A stretch of 64,000 bases of DNA from Candidatus Fermentibacterota bacterium (GTDB taxonomy: Bacteria; Fermentibacterota; Fermentibacteria; Fermentibacterales; JCC-6), in NCBI GenBank assembly GCA_963845085.1, contig CAWJQI010000004.1, positions 608,001-672,000 on the forward strand, written 5' to 3'. Positions 39,942 to 50,296 of the stretch are shown piece after piece. How positions within the stretch are numbered: the first letter of the stretch is position 1; each line of letters opens with the position of its first letter. The notes below the pieces were generated by a model. That model was not told the DNA's origin and ran no database searches. It saw only the letters and a program-made list of their open reading frames with translations. The position numbers were made by a program, and so were the translations under genes.

Positions 39942-41162
39942 TTGAACCCATATTCCCTCATCCTTGTACTGGCCCTGGCAGGCACCCCGGAAAGCCCGGC
40001 GTTCGATGCCTGCGTGATCATGCTTCCCGGTGTGCCACTTCAACCCTGGAACGGGCTATCCGACCGGATACTTGAGGAACTCTGGACAAGGGATGTAACA
40101 GGTTACCAGGTCACCTTTTCCGGATGGAGCGGCTACATGATGATGGGTCCTCCGGGTTCCGGGGAAACCATCGGTGCGGCAGCCGAGCTTCTGGTTCAGG
40201 GTGCGGTCATGCCGGACACTTCGGGATGGGCCAGGCTGCTCGAGCTCTCATGGAGGGAGAACGCCCTTCCCTGCGTCCTGACCTATCCGTTCTCCCCGGG
40301 GGACACTCCCGTCCCCATGAGACACAGTGCCCTGCTCTCGGGAACACCTGATACCGTTGTGGTGTCGGCTCCCGTGGCCAACAATGTGCTGCTGATCACA
40401 GGCGTTCATGATCCGCAGCTGGGCGGTTCCGCATGGAGGGGGCTCGGGCTCGAGGTTGTGCCCTCCGACTGGGGCGGTGTGCCGCTGCTTCTTGCGTTCT
40501 CGTTTGCCGGGTCGCCGGGAGACCTTGACCGGATGGTGTACGAAGCGCACCCTTACGACTCCGTCTGGGCTGCGGGGTTCGGCACCATCATGGCTGCGGT
40601 GGACAGCCTTGCAGCCCCGCTTGCACCGGTCACCGAGCCTACGCTTGTCTGGGTGAGGGGTGCGGGGGGCGCCGAGTTCCACCCCTGGACCTTTGTTCCG
40701 TCGCCGGGTCCCCCCCTGCGATGCCCGGGAGCGGTCACTCTCCCGGTGGCGGGAACCATGGCCCCACGCCCCTGGACACCTCCGCCAACAGCCATGAGGG
40801 TGGACATGCCAGGCCTTCTGTCCAACAGGGACGACGCCGAGCAGACCGCAGCCATCATTGAACGGCTGGTTGCCCGCATGGTGCTTGTGGAAAGCGAAGA
40901 GCTTGTCGGCTTGAACGGCTTCTCAGAAGAGGGCGGCAGGGTGGCGCTGTTCCTTGAAAACCCGCCATGGGCGAGCCCGGAAGAAGCGTTGGAGGAGATT
41001 ACAGCGGTTCTAACCCCGCTTGCCTTTACGTCACCCGAGGCACCGCTGCTTTCGAACTGCGCAGTGAGGGCTTCGCTGCGGTTGGGCAGGGAAGTTGCCC
41101 CGCTGTCGCCTCAGAGAGCGGCAGAATGTGTTGCACGCGCTCTGGGGCTCCTTCAGGACTGA
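39942..41162 (+). CDS. Hypothetical exported protein
   Basis: 406-aa ORF, AGGA SD, signal-like N-terminus; no recognised motif. Confidence 0.65.
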   Translation: MNPYSLILVLALAGTPESPAFDACVIMLPGVPLQPWNGLSDRILEELWTRDVTGYQVTFSGWSGYMMMGPPGSGETIGAAAELLVQGAVMPDTSGWARLLELSWRENALPCVLTYPFSPGDTPVPMRHSALLSGTPDTVVVSAPVANNVLLITGVHDPQLGGSAWRGLGLEVVPSDWGGVPLLLAFSFAGSPGDLDRMVYEAHPYDSVWAAGFGTIMAAVDSLAAPLAPVTEPTLVWVRGAGGAEFHPWTFVPSPGPPLRCPGAVTLPVAGTMAPRPWTPPPTAMRVDMPGLLSNRDDAEQTAAIIERLVARMVLVESEELVGLNGFSEEGGRVALFLENPPWASPEEALEEITAVLTPLAFTSPEAPLLSNCAVRASLRLGREVAPLSPQRAAECVARALGLLQD

Positions 41163-43077
41163 GCCTCTCCCTCCACCGCATCCATCCACTGCTCCTCGAG
41201 CTGGAGCATCTCCCTCGTCACGAAGGCGTGTTCCTTCTGAAGTTCAACGATTCTCGCCGAATTCCCTGTGAGGTCGGGTGCCGCCAGGAGGGATTCGATC
41301 TCGGCCTTCCTCTTTTCAAGTGGCTGCATGGCCTTCTCGATCCTCTTCACCCGCTGATCGACCTTGTTGCGCTTCTCAAACAGCTTGTTCCTCTCCTGGG
41401 CTTCCTTCCGCTTCCTCTCCTTGTCGAGCACCCGGGACTGTGAAGATGCCTTCGCCCTGTTGGTGGCAAGGCTTTCCGATGCGCAGCTGCGGCGCTTCTC
41501 GACAAAGTCGTCAAAGCCGCCGGTGAACGGCCTGACCCTTCCCGCCTCGACGATCAGTATTCTCTGAACCAGCGCTCTCAGAAGGTTCTCATCGTGGCTT
41601 ATCAAAACGAGGGTTCCGGTGTAGCCGTCAAGCACCTCGGCAAGCACCTTTCTGCTGAAGATGTCGAGGTGGTTCGTGGGTTCGTCGAGGATGAGCAGGT
41701 TCGTGGGAAGCAGCATCACCCTCGCAAGCGCCACTCGGCTTTTTTCCCCCCCGAAAGAACACCGGTCGGCTTCTCAACGTCGTCCCCCGTGAAGAGGAAG
41801 CCTCCGAGAAAGCTTCGAAGCTCCTTCTCGCTCCGCTCGGGCGAGATGTCGGAAAGCTGCTGCAGTACCGTTCGGGCGGGATCGAGGGCAAGATCGACCT
41901 CCTGCGAGTAGTAGCCGATGCGTACATTGGCCCCGACTTTCACGATGCCATCGGTGGGTGCTTCCACTCCGGCCATGATCCTGGAAAGAGTTGATTTCCC
42001 GCCGCCGTTCCTCCCGACCACCCCGACCCTCTGCTGTGCTTCAAGCTCAAGGTCGACACCTTCGAAAACCGTGTGGGCGTACCTCTTCGTGATGCCTGAC
42101 AGTGACAGGACCTTGTGGCCGCTGCGCGGTGTTTCGGGAAGCCTGATGCGCATCCTGCCGGGGCTTCGGTATATCTCAATGGTCTCGAGCTTTTCAAGCA
42201 TCTTGATCCTGCTTCTGACCTGGAACCTCTTGCTCTCCGTGGCCTGGAACTTCTTGATGAAGCGCTCCATGCGGTCACGCTGGTCGGCCACTTTCCTGGC
42301 CTCGTGCTCGCGGTGCTGGATGTCTTCCATTTTCTTCTTCTCGTAGAAGCTCCAGTTTCCGCCCCAGACCGTCAGGGAGCCGTACTCGAGTTCGTACACG
42401 GCGCGAACCGTTCGGTCGAGGAAACCCGGGTCGTGCGATATGAGCCAAACGGCCCCCCTGAACCGGTTCAGAAACTCTTCGAGCCAAATCCTGGCATCAA
42501 GGTCGAGATGGTTGGTGGGCTCGTCGAGAAGAAGAAGGTCGGGGTCTTCAAGTATCAGCGCCCCGAGCATTGCCCTCATCTTCCAGCCTCCGCTGAAGTC
42601 GGCCATGGGCTTGACGAGGTCTTCCAGTGAAAAGCCGAGCCCCGTGAGGACCACCTCGGCACGGGTGTGCAAATTGTAGGCCCCGGTCGAGTCGATGAAG
42701 TCCTGCACGCGGGCCAGCTCGTTCAGAAGCGAATCGTCGTCGTCCCCACCCTTTGAAAGGTGATGGAGTATTTCCTTCTGCCTCGTCAGGGCATTCACGG
42801 CCTCGCCGGCACAACTGCATACGGCCTCGAGAAGGGGGCCTTCCGGAAACTCGCCGAGTTGCTGGGGAAGGTATCCGACGCGGACACCCCCCGCCCTGGT
42901 TACCGTTCCGCGGGAGGGTTCGATCTCGCCCGTCATGACTCGGAGCAGCGAGGTTTTTCCGGCACCATTGACCCCGACCAGGGCGATTCGGTCGCCCCGG
43001 TCGACGGTGAAGCTCACACCCTCGAAGATAAGGTCAGCGCCGAACTCCAGCGCAAGACCGGAAGCATTCAGCAGCAA
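41153..43077 (-). CDS. ABC-F family ATPase, frameshifted at a G7A6 run near 41746
   Basis: GVNGAGKT, FSGGWKMR, LDEPTNHLD, GRNGGGKST; second LSGG|EKSRVALA motif split across frames. Confidence 0.88.
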
Positions 43078-43781
43078 ACCAGCACCTCTTCCGTGATGTC
43101 CAGCGGCGTGAACCCGAGAAAGTCCGAACTCACGAGCCGGAAGATGGTACCGCCATAAGCGGTGTTCACATGGGGGTTCCACCTGCCCTCGAAGTGCAGG
43201 TGACCATAAACGCAGATCCTCACACCTGACGCCGAGAGTTTCTCCGCGAAGGCCGTTGGCCGGCCGTCCACGACGGGTGGATAATGCATCATGTATGCAA
43301 CAGGCTTGCCGGGGAAACGGGCTGCCGCCGCGAGCGCGGCATCCATCCGCTGAAGCTCCCTTAGATACACCTTGGAATCGTTTTCGGGGCTGAAGCCTTC
43401 CCACTGCGGCGTGGACCATCCCCTCGAAGTGGCGAGAACAAAGGCGCCAAGGTCAACAGCCGTGTTTGCAAGGGGTGTCACCCCTTCCCCAAGAAGCCCC
43501 CTGACCTTTGACGGTGACTGCCACCAGTAGTCGTGGTTGCCCTTGCAGATGAACTTCGTGCCGGGCAGCCTCTGAAGGAAGGCCAGATCGGCAGCTGCCT
43601 GTTCGAGATTCATGCCCCAGGATATGTCGCCCGGAACAAGCACCACATCACAGGGCGAAACGAGTTTCTCCCATGAAGCCCTGATTCTGGAAGGGTGGTC
43701 GACCCACTCCCCGCCGAACATGTCCATGGATTTCCCCACGGAGAAACCGAGGTGCAGATCGCTCAAGGCGAATATCCTCAT
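43068..43781 (-). CDS. Calcineurin-like metallophosphoesterase
   Basis: SDLHL, PGDISW, GNHDYWW, HYPP, YGHLH. Confidence 0.9.
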   Translation of the reverse strand: MRIFALSDLHLGFSVGKSMDMFGGEWVDHPSRIRASWEKLVSPCDVVLVPGDISWGMNLEQAAADLAFLQRLPGTKFICKGNHDYWWQSPSKVRGLLGEGVTPLANTAVDLGAFVLATSRGWSTPQWEGFSPENDSKVYLRELQRMDAALAAAARFPGKPVAYMMHYPPVVDGRPTAFAEKLSASGVRICVYGHLHFEGRWNPHVNTAYGGTIFRLVSSDFLGFTPLDITEEVLVCC

Positions 43782-44599
43782 CTGTTCATTTCCATCCAGA
43801 TCCTGGCTGCGTGCCTGACCGCATTTTGATCAGGGCATGGAACAACGGTTGCACCGGGTGCCAGCCCCGGGGGCGAACCTGATACCTTGAAAGCCGTACC
43901 GGCACACTCGAGCAGCAGCCTGTCGTTCCAGTCATTCCCCAGAGCCGCAGTGCGGCTTCCGGGGATACCGAGGCGTTCGGCCAGCGCGAGCATGGCGGCA
44001 CCCTTGTGCACCCCCCGCGGGAATATCTCCAACCACACCGTGCTGTGGTCAAGTGGGGATGTGGTTCGGATCACCTGGAACGACGGGCGCAGGGCTTCGC
44101 CGATCTTTGCCGCGTCGTCCTCGGCACTCGCAGGGTCGAGGTAGATCACGAACTGGGTGGCAGTTCCAGTCAGCCGGTCGACCGGAAGGACGAACCCGTT
44201 GTAGTACTCCCGCCTCCGGCTGTGGTCGGAGTGGGGTATGCCGGGCCCGTGGTAGAGGTGATGGCTGTCGGGAAAGGGGCCCTGTACTGAGTAGTCGTAG
44301 CGATGATTCTCAAGAAAGGCCCGAATATACGTTATGTCGCCAACGGACAGGCCGGCATATGTGACGACCTCGCCTGATTCGCTGATCATGCCGGCTCCCG
44401 ATGACAGGATGAGCCAGTCGAATGGGAGGGGCAGACCCTGCGTGGCCTTGCTGAGGGAATACGGGCTTCTTCCCGTGGCGAGCACCGTGACAACTTCCGA
44501 AGCCCTCAGATCGCGAAGGGCTTCAAGATCATCGATGCCGATGGTGCGGTCGGAACGGAAAAGAGTTCCGTCGAAATCGGTTGCAAAGAGGGTTTTCAA
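43778..44599 (-). CDS. Cof-type HAD family hydrolase
   Basis: TDFDGT, ATGRS, KGAA, GNDWND. Confidence 0.88.
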   Translation of the reverse strand: MKTLFATDFDGTLFRSDRTIGIDDLEALRDLRASEVVTVLATGRSPYSLSKATQGLPLPFDWLILSSGAGMISESGEVVTYAGLSVGDITYIRAFLENHRYDYSVQGPFPDSHHLYHGPGIPHSDHSRRREYYNGFVLPVDRLTGTATQFVIYLDPASAEDDAAKIGEALRPSFQVIRTTSPLDHSTVWLEIFPRGVHKGAAMLALAERLGIPGSRTAALGNDWNDRLLLECAGTAFKVSGSPPGLAPGATVVPCPDQNAVRHAARIWMEMNR

Positions 44600-44610
44600 G
44601 ATCAGAGGGG

Positions 44611-45240
44611 TCAGTGACCCTCGAACTCCCGGTGCAGCGCCACCACCCTGCCCACCACGGAAACCTCGCCGTCTTCGCGGCGGAACTCCATAACAGGGAA
44701 GTCGGGGTTTCCGGGGATGAGTTTGACCACGTCACCCTCGCGGCGGAACCTCTTAACCGTGGCTTCGCAGTTCACCATGACCACGGAAATCTGGTTCTGC
44801 TCGACGAACGGCTGAGGTAAAACGAGGACCAGGTCGCCGTCGAGGATGCCGTCGCCGGTCATGCTTTCGCCCCGCACCCGAAGCCAGAACAGACCCTGTC
44901 TGTCGGCGTACCGTTCGGGAAGGGGAAGGCTGCCCTGGATGTTTTCTTCGGCCAGTATGGGAAGCCCTGCAGCCACGCTGCCAACGATGGGAGCCCTGGT
45001 GTCGGCGATGCGCCTGCCGTCGCCCAGCCTCGAAACAAGGCGCAGGGCCCGCGCGGAACCGTTCTCACGCTGCAGGTACCCTTTCTCGACCAGCCTGTCC
45101 ACGTGGTCTTTCACACCCTTGGTGCTCTTCAGGGCGAAATGCTGCTGCATCTGTCGGATCGAAGGCGGGTAGCCAACCTCCTTCAGAAAACCTGTTATGA
45201 ACTCGAGGAACTGCCTCTGGCGACTGGTAAGATCGTTCAT
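44611..45240 (-). CDS. lexA: SOS repressor LexA
   Basis: LTSRQ...GYPPSIRQM, VAAG cleavage site, VRGESM, EATVKRF. Confidence 0.94.
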   Translation of the reverse strand: MNDLTSRQRQFLEFITGFLKEVGYPPSIRQMQQHFALKSTKGVKDHVDRLVEKGYLQRENGSARALRLVSRLGDGRRIADTRAPIVGSVAAGLPILAEENIQGSLPLPERYADRQGLFWLRVRGESMTGDGILDGDLVLVLPQPFVEQNQISVVMVNCEATVKRFRREGDVVKLIPGNPDFPVMEFRREDGEVSVVGRVVALHREFEGH

Positions 45241-45252
45241 GTACACCCCCAT

Positions 45253-45296
45253 GAAACATTTGTTCAGTATATGCCCTGAAAAGGGCCCACTGTCAA
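45253..45296 (-). promoter_or_regulatory. lexA promoter with candidate SOS box
   Basis: TTGACA at 45296-45291, CATATACT -10 region, then TGAAC-AAAT-GTTTC (45266-45253). Confidence 0.65.
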
Positions 45297-45310
45297 TGCT
45301 TGCGTGAAGG

Positions 45311-45757
45311 CTATTCCAGAAGGTCGCTGAAGAACACCAGATAGGCCATGAGACGGAGGCGAAGGTCGTCATGCGCGCCGTCGGTGTAGATGATGATACG
45401 GAAGTCGCTTCCCTCGACCGTTCCGTCATCGCGGATGGAACCCACGTTGCGCAGCCTTCCGTCCCTTATCCTGCCGTCGTCGGTGATGTCGAAGAGTTTT
45501 CTTGACTCGGGGTTCTGAACCTCGTTGTCGCGGATGTACCCAAGCACCCTGAAATCGCTGGCTTCGATTCTCAGCCCGGCATCCTCCTCGTCCTCGGACT
45601 CGCTTCTGATGTAACCGAGAAGAGTGAAAGACGCATCTTCAATCCTGCCATCCTCGCGGATGTAGGCAACGGTTTCGTACCTGTTGTTCTCAAGGCGCAG
45701 ATCCCCTGCGGAAAGGGCCGCACAGAGTACGGATGTAAGAATGAAAAGGCTTCTCAT
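45311..45757 (-). CDS. Secreted small beta-repeat protein (5-fold beta-flower-like)
   Basis: Signal peptide; about five repeats of G(Y/S)IRxDGxIExxxFxxL. Confidence 0.7.
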   Translation of the reverse strand: MRSLFILTSVLCAALSAGDLRLENNRYETVAYIREDGRIEDASFTLLGYIRSESEDEEDAGLRIEASDFRVLGYIRDNEVQNPESRKLFDITDDGRIRDGRLRNVGSIRDDGTVEGSDFRIIIYTDGAHDDLRLRLMAYLVFFSDLLE

Positions 45758-45807
45758 GGAAACCTCCCTTCAGCTGCAGTATTGTATCTTCACTGAAACC
45801 CGGAAAG

Positions 45808-46878
45808 GTGTCAAGGGCTTTGATCGAAGTATTCGCCCTTTTCATTGTTACAACGCTGTTCGATCCTCCCGCAGTCGATCTGAATTCGGCCGACCTCCAA
45901 ACCCTCATGACCATTCCGGGGCTGGGACATGCACGGGCAACTGCGATCCTCGACTACAGGGAAACCGTTTCGACTTTTCGAGACCTTTCCGAACTGGCGT
46001 ACGTTCCGGGAATAGGCCCGGGGATAATCGAGGAGATCGCTCCTTTCGTCTCGGTCGGTGCGATCGACCTTCCCTCTGCTGTGACAGGCCTTGTAACAGG
46101 GCTGCCCTCCGACACCGCTCTCACCGTAGGGTTCCTTGATGTAGGGAACGGCGATGCCGTTCTTCTTGCATCCGGTGAAGAGCGCATTCTGATCGACGGC
46201 GGCCCGCCCGGCGATCCGGGTATTCGCGCTCCCGTGATACACAGGCTGATCCAATCTGGCGTCGACTCGCTCAGTGCGGTCATGTTCACCCACCCCCACG
46301 CGGATCACATCGGTGGGCTTTCGGATGTCATCGAGCTCTACGGACCCGTTCTGCTCTGTGATCCCGCGATAGACCATCCTTCCCCGGTTTACGAGGATCT
46401 GCTGCAATTGGCAGAGAGTGCCGGCTGCCGGTACAGGGTTCTTTCTGAAGGTGACACGCTGCATCTGGGCGCTGAAGTGCTGATTACGGTGTTTCACCTC
46501 GAGGGCGGCCACTCCGTGAACGAGGCATCGGCGGTATTCCTGGTTGAGACGGGGGAATTCTCAATGCTCGTGACAGGCGACATCGAGGTGGAAACCATCA
46601 TGAGTCTGACATCATCCGCCTCGCCTGTATCGGTTGTAAAAATACCCCACCATGGAAGCATTTCCTCCCTTTTCCCGCCATGGTCAAGGAGAACGGCGCC
46701 CCTGATCGCGGTTCTCTGCGTGGGCAGGGACAACCCTTTCGGGCACCCGCACCCGGCCGTGGTTGAGGACTGGGAGTCAACCGGGGCAACAGTGTTGCGC
46801 ACCGACAGCCTCGGGAATATCTTTCTGCACACAGACGGCCGGAGGCTGTCAATAAACCACTCCAGGGAGACGCTTTGA
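45808..46878 (+). CDS. ComEA-like HhH DNA-binding domain fused to ComEC-type metallo-beta-lactamase domain
   Basis: VDLNSA...IPGLG...VPGIG; FLDVGNGD, THPHADHIGG, TGDIE, KIPHHGS, NPFGHP, RTD. Confidence 0.85.
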   Translation: MSRALIEVFALFIVTTLFDPPAVDLNSADLQTLMTIPGLGHARATAILDYRETVSTFRDLSELAYVPGIGPGIIEEIAPFVSVGAIDLPSAVTGLVTGLPSDTALTVGFLDVGNGDAVLLASGEERILIDGGPPGDPGIRAPVIHRLIQSGVDSLSAVMFTHPHADHIGGLSDVIELYGPVLLCDPAIDHPSPVYEDLLQLAESAGCRYRVLSEGDTLHLGAEVLITVFHLEGGHSVNEASAVFLVETGEFSMLVTGDIEVETIMSLTSSASPVSVVKIPHHGSISSLFPPWSRRTAPLIAVLCVGRDNPFGHPHPAVVEDWESTGATVLRTDSLGNIFLHTDGRRLSINHSRETL

Positions 46879-47819
46879 AGGCCCGGAACCGGCTTTCGCC
46901 TATACTTTACATCCTGCCAGCCCTTCTGGTGATACTTCTTTTCCGTTTGATACCAATTCTCGGGAGTTTCACCGCTTCATTCGCAGACTACGACATCGGC
47001 GGCTTTCACGGCTTCGTGGGCACCTCCCACTACGGGCGGATGCTTTCGGACAACCGGTTCTGGATGAGCCTCGGGAACACGGTTCACTACGTTCTGGGCG
47101 TCCTGCCGGCGGGGATCATCATTCCCCTCGCCCTTGCTGTTCTCCTCAGGAACGGGCTCAGGGGAGCGTCGTTCTACCGGACCGTGTACTTTCTGCCGGT
47201 CGTGACCAGCACCGTCGCGGTTTCAGTGGTCTGGACATGGGTGTTCAACCCCGAGGCCGGCCCTCTCAACAAGCTCATAGCCCTCTTCGGCGGGGAACCG
47301 CTTTCCTGGTTGAGAGAGCCAAGGGGCGTCTTTGAAATGCTTCTGGAACCCGCGGGGATAACACCGACGGGTTTTCTGGCGGGTCCAAGCCTTGCCCTCG
47401 TTGCCATCATGATCGTCGGGGTCTGGAAGAGCATCGGATACAACACAGTGCTGTTCCTCGCCGGGCTCGAGAACATCCCCAAAAGCTGTTACGAGGCGGC
47501 AAGGCTCGACGGGGCCGGCAGGTGGGCCTGCTTCCGGCACATCACGTGGCCGCTGCTCTCCCCCACCACGTTCTACGTTCTCATTATGAGCACGATAACC
47601 AGCTTCCAGACCTTTGCTCTGGTGTACGTGATGACCCCGCCGCCGGGAGGGGGACCCCTCGGCACCACGAATGTGATAGTCTTCTACCTGTACCAGAAGG
47701 CCTTCGACCGTTTTGACATCGGCTATGCCAGTGCCATCAGCGTGTTCCTGTTCATGCTCCTTCTCATCCTCACAATGCTTCAGAGAAGGTTCGGCGAGAG
47801 AAGGGTGCACTACTCGTGA
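46875..47819 (+). CDS. Carbohydrate ABC transporter permease
   Basis: YFLPVVTS, LAGLENIP...YEAARLDGA EAA motif, HITWPLLSP. Confidence 0.9.
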   Translation: MKARNRLSPILYILPALLVILLFRLIPILGSFTASFADYDIGGFHGFVGTSHYGRMLSDNRFWMSLGNTVHYVLGVLPAGIIIPLALAVLLRNGLRGASFYRTVYFLPVVTSTVAVSVVWTWVFNPEAGPLNKLIALFGGEPLSWLREPRGVFEMLLEPAGITPTGFLAGPSLALVAIMIVGVWKSIGYNTVLFLAGLENIPKSCYEAARLDGAGRWACFRHITWPLLSPTTFYVLIMSTITSFQTFALVYVMTPPPGGGPLGTTNVIVFYLYQKAFDRFDIGYASAISVFLFMLLLILTMLQRRFGERRVHYS

Positions 47820-48577
47820 ACCTTGCCAGACATGCCCTTCTGTCCCTGGGCGCGGTTGTGATGATGCTGCCGTTTCTCTGGATGCTGTCGACATCCCTCG
47901 ATGACGGCGGGTTTTCGAATTTCAGGGAAGCGTGGAACATGGTCCCCTTCGGGCTGTTCTTCGTGAACACCATCATCATTACAGGGCTGACCGTGCTCGG
48001 GGTTCTCGTAACGAGTTCGCTTGCAGCCTACGCTTTCGCAACAATGGAGTTTCCAGGCAGGGGAATCCTGTTCATGCTTTTCCTGAGCACCATGATGGTG
48101 CCGCAGCCGGTGTACCTTGCCCCCTCCTATGTTCTCCTCGCCAAAATGGGATGGATCGACACATATGCTGCGCTGATCGTTCCATGGGTCGCCAACGTCT
48201 TCAGCGTTTTTCTGCTGAGGCAGCACTTCAAGACGATTCCCCTCTCGTTGTACGACGCGGCCGTTCTGGACGGCTGCAACAGGTTCCAATACCTCTGGAG
48301 GGTTGTCGTTCCGCTTTCCAGACCCGTGCTGGCCACCGTTGTGCTCTTCAACACAATAAGTTCATGGAACAGTTTTATGTGGCCTCTCGTGATGACCCAT
48401 TCGGAAAACCTCCGGGTCATTCAGGTCGGTCTTTCCTACTTCAACCAGGAAATGTCGGGCAACTACAGCCTTCTCATGGCTGCAAGCACCTTCTGCACCC
48501 TTCCCCTGCTGGTTCTGTTCCTCCTGTTTCAGAAGCAGCTGGTATCAAGCTATACAGGCTCAGGAATGAAGGACTGA
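47816..48577 (+). CDS. Carbohydrate ABC transporter permease
   Basis: AAYAFA, TMMVP, DAAVLDG, WNSFMWPL. Confidence 0.9.
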   Translation: MNLARHALLSLGAVVMMLPFLWMLSTSLDDGGFSNFREAWNMVPFGLFFVNTIIITGLTVLGVLVTSSLAAYAFATMEFPGRGILFMLFLSTMMVPQPVYLAPSYVLLAKMGWIDTYAALIVPWVANVFSVFLLRQHFKTIPLSLYDAAVLDGCNRFQYLWRVVVPLSRPVLATVVLFNTISSWNSFMWPLVMTHSENLRVIQVGLSYFNQEMSGNYSLLMAASTFCTLPLLVLFLLFQKQLVSSYTGSGMKD

Positions 48578-48578
48578 A

Positions 48579-49001
48579 ATGATCGCATTGCTCGCCTCAC
48601 TTCTTGTCGCACAGTTTCCCACCTGGTCGCTTGCGGGGGAGACCGCTGACTGGCTGGGCGTTCTCGCCAACCGGGGGTACACGGTGTTTCAGTACCACGG
48701 GGTTATTCTTCGCATCGGCGAGTCCCGCACGCTCCCGATAACCCTTCAGGCGACCGGAGAGGGAATCTATGGCGCCCTCGGCGGACCGAACGCACTGATG
48801 ATCGACCTGGAACTACTGAACGGCGACGAGCTATTATGCAGTTGCGGAACCGATGATATGCCGCTTGTTTACATGCCGGTTGACTCCTCCGGGCTGGTGA
48901 GCCACCTGAGGTTTACCATCACCGACATGACACACGGAGCAACCGCTGAAAGCATCTTCGTATACGCGGTGATCAAACCGGTTGACCCGGACTCGTTGTA
49001 G
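48579..49001 (+). CDS. Hypothetical exported protein
   Basis: In operon, 1 nt after the permease stop; signal-like N-terminus. Confidence 0.6.
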   Translation: MIALLASLLVAQFPTWSLAGETADWLGVLANRGYTVFQYHGVILRIGESRTLPITLQATGEGIYGALGGPNALMIDLELLNGDELLCSCGTDDMPLVYMPVDSSGLVSHLRFTITDMTHGATAESIFVYAVIKPVDPDSL

Positions 49002-49043
49002 GGTATTTTACGGTGGCGTGAAAACATCCACAGGGAGCATTCG

Positions 49044-49961
49044 ATGAGGCGCATAAATACTCTTTTTATTCTGCTGGCAGTGACCTCCGCCGCCATGGCA
49101 GCCCAGACATCGGGCTTCGCGTTTCTCAGAATACCCGCCGGGGCGCGTGCCGTTGCCATGAGCGGGGCCTTCACCGCGGTGACGGGTGACCCGATGGCCC
49201 TGCATTACAACCCTGCAGCCCTCTCAACCACTGAGGGCAGCAATCTCACTTCCACGTATACAAGCTACATGATGGACATGCACGCCGCCTTCATCGGCTG
49301 GTCGAACCACAGAAGCAACGATGCCATCGGTGCCGCCATCAATTACTTCTACGGGGGATCGTTCCTCAGAACCTCCATGGAGAACCCGACAGGCACGGGC
49401 GAGGAGTTCAGCAGCAACAGCATGGCCGTGTCCGGATCATGGTCACGCCCCATCACCGACAGGTTCAGGGTGGGAGCAACCGGACGCCTCATCTACTCCG
49501 AGATCGACACCTACAACGCCCACGCTGTTTCGCTCGACCTTGGCGCCCTTTGGCTTCCGGGTCCCGAGGGAATGACCGCGGGCGCTGCGATCAGAAACGC
49601 AGGCGTTCAGACCAAAGCCTTCTACCAGGAAAACGACCCCATGCCAACCGAACTCGCTGTTGGCATCAGCCAGCGTCTTCTCAGCGGAAACCTTCTCATA
49701 GCGGCTGACGCAACCGCTCCAATGAGCGGCAAGTTCAATGCGGCTCTCGGGTTGGAATACTCGCCGGTTGCAATGTTCGCACTCCGAACGGGCGCCAGCC
49801 TCAACGCCCTTGAAACCGCCGACGAAGCGGGTGGAACAATCCTCGATGCATTCTCGTTCGGAATGGGTTTGACTCGCGGCACCCTCGGGGCCGATTACGC
49901 CTGGAAACCCGCTGCAGACCTCGGCGACGCCCACAGGATATCGCTTCAATACCACTTCTAA
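49044..49961 (+). CDS. PorV/PorQ-family outer-membrane barrel (T9SS shuttle-like)
   Basis: FLRIPAGARAVAMSGA...HYNPAAL N-terminal motif; DLG, IRNAG; DYAW...LGDAHRISLQYHF. Confidence 0.85.
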   Translation: MRRINTLFILLAVTSAAMAAQTSGFAFLRIPAGARAVAMSGAFTAVTGDPMALHYNPAALSTTEGSNLTSTYTSYMMDMHAAFIGWSNHRSNDAIGAAINYFYGGSFLRTSMENPTGTGEEFSSNSMAVSGSWSRPITDRFRVGATGRLIYSEIDTYNAHAVSLDLGALWLPGPEGMTAGAAIRNAGVQTKAFYQENDPMPTELAVGISQRLLSGNLLIAADATAPMSGKFNAALGLEYSPVAMFALRTGASLNALETADEAGGTILDAFSFGMGLTRGTLGADYAWKPAADLGDAHRISLQYHF

Positions 49962-49964
49962 GCA

Positions 49965-49992
49965 TTGACAGAAGCGGGCATTAAACTATAAT
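49965..49992 (+). promoter_or_regulatory. Consensus sigma-70 promoter of tRNA-fMet
   Basis: TTGACA-16 nt-TATAAT. Confidence 0.85.
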
Positions 49993-50003
49993 AGCCCGGC
50001 AGT

Positions 50004-50080
<77 letters not shown>

Positions 50081-50088
50081 TTAGATAT

Positions 50089-50124
50089 GAACACCTGCTT
50101 TTTCGGAAGCGGGTGTTCTTTTTT
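50089..50124 (+). terminator. Rho-independent terminator after tRNA-fMet
   Basis: GAACACCTGCTT-loop-AAGCGGGTGTTC followed by TTTTTT. Confidence 0.85.
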
Positions 50125-50296
50125 ATTCCGTCATGACATGTGGCGGTCTGAACATGTGCATACTGTCACACCGGTCTGGTCTGGTGTTGATTCATCGTTC
50201 CTGTCCAGTTGCCCAACACCTCATCAGTGGATGACGGCTCATCGCATGGGATTTCAACCTTACTTGGGATACACTGGGATGGTCGGATCCTGTCAG

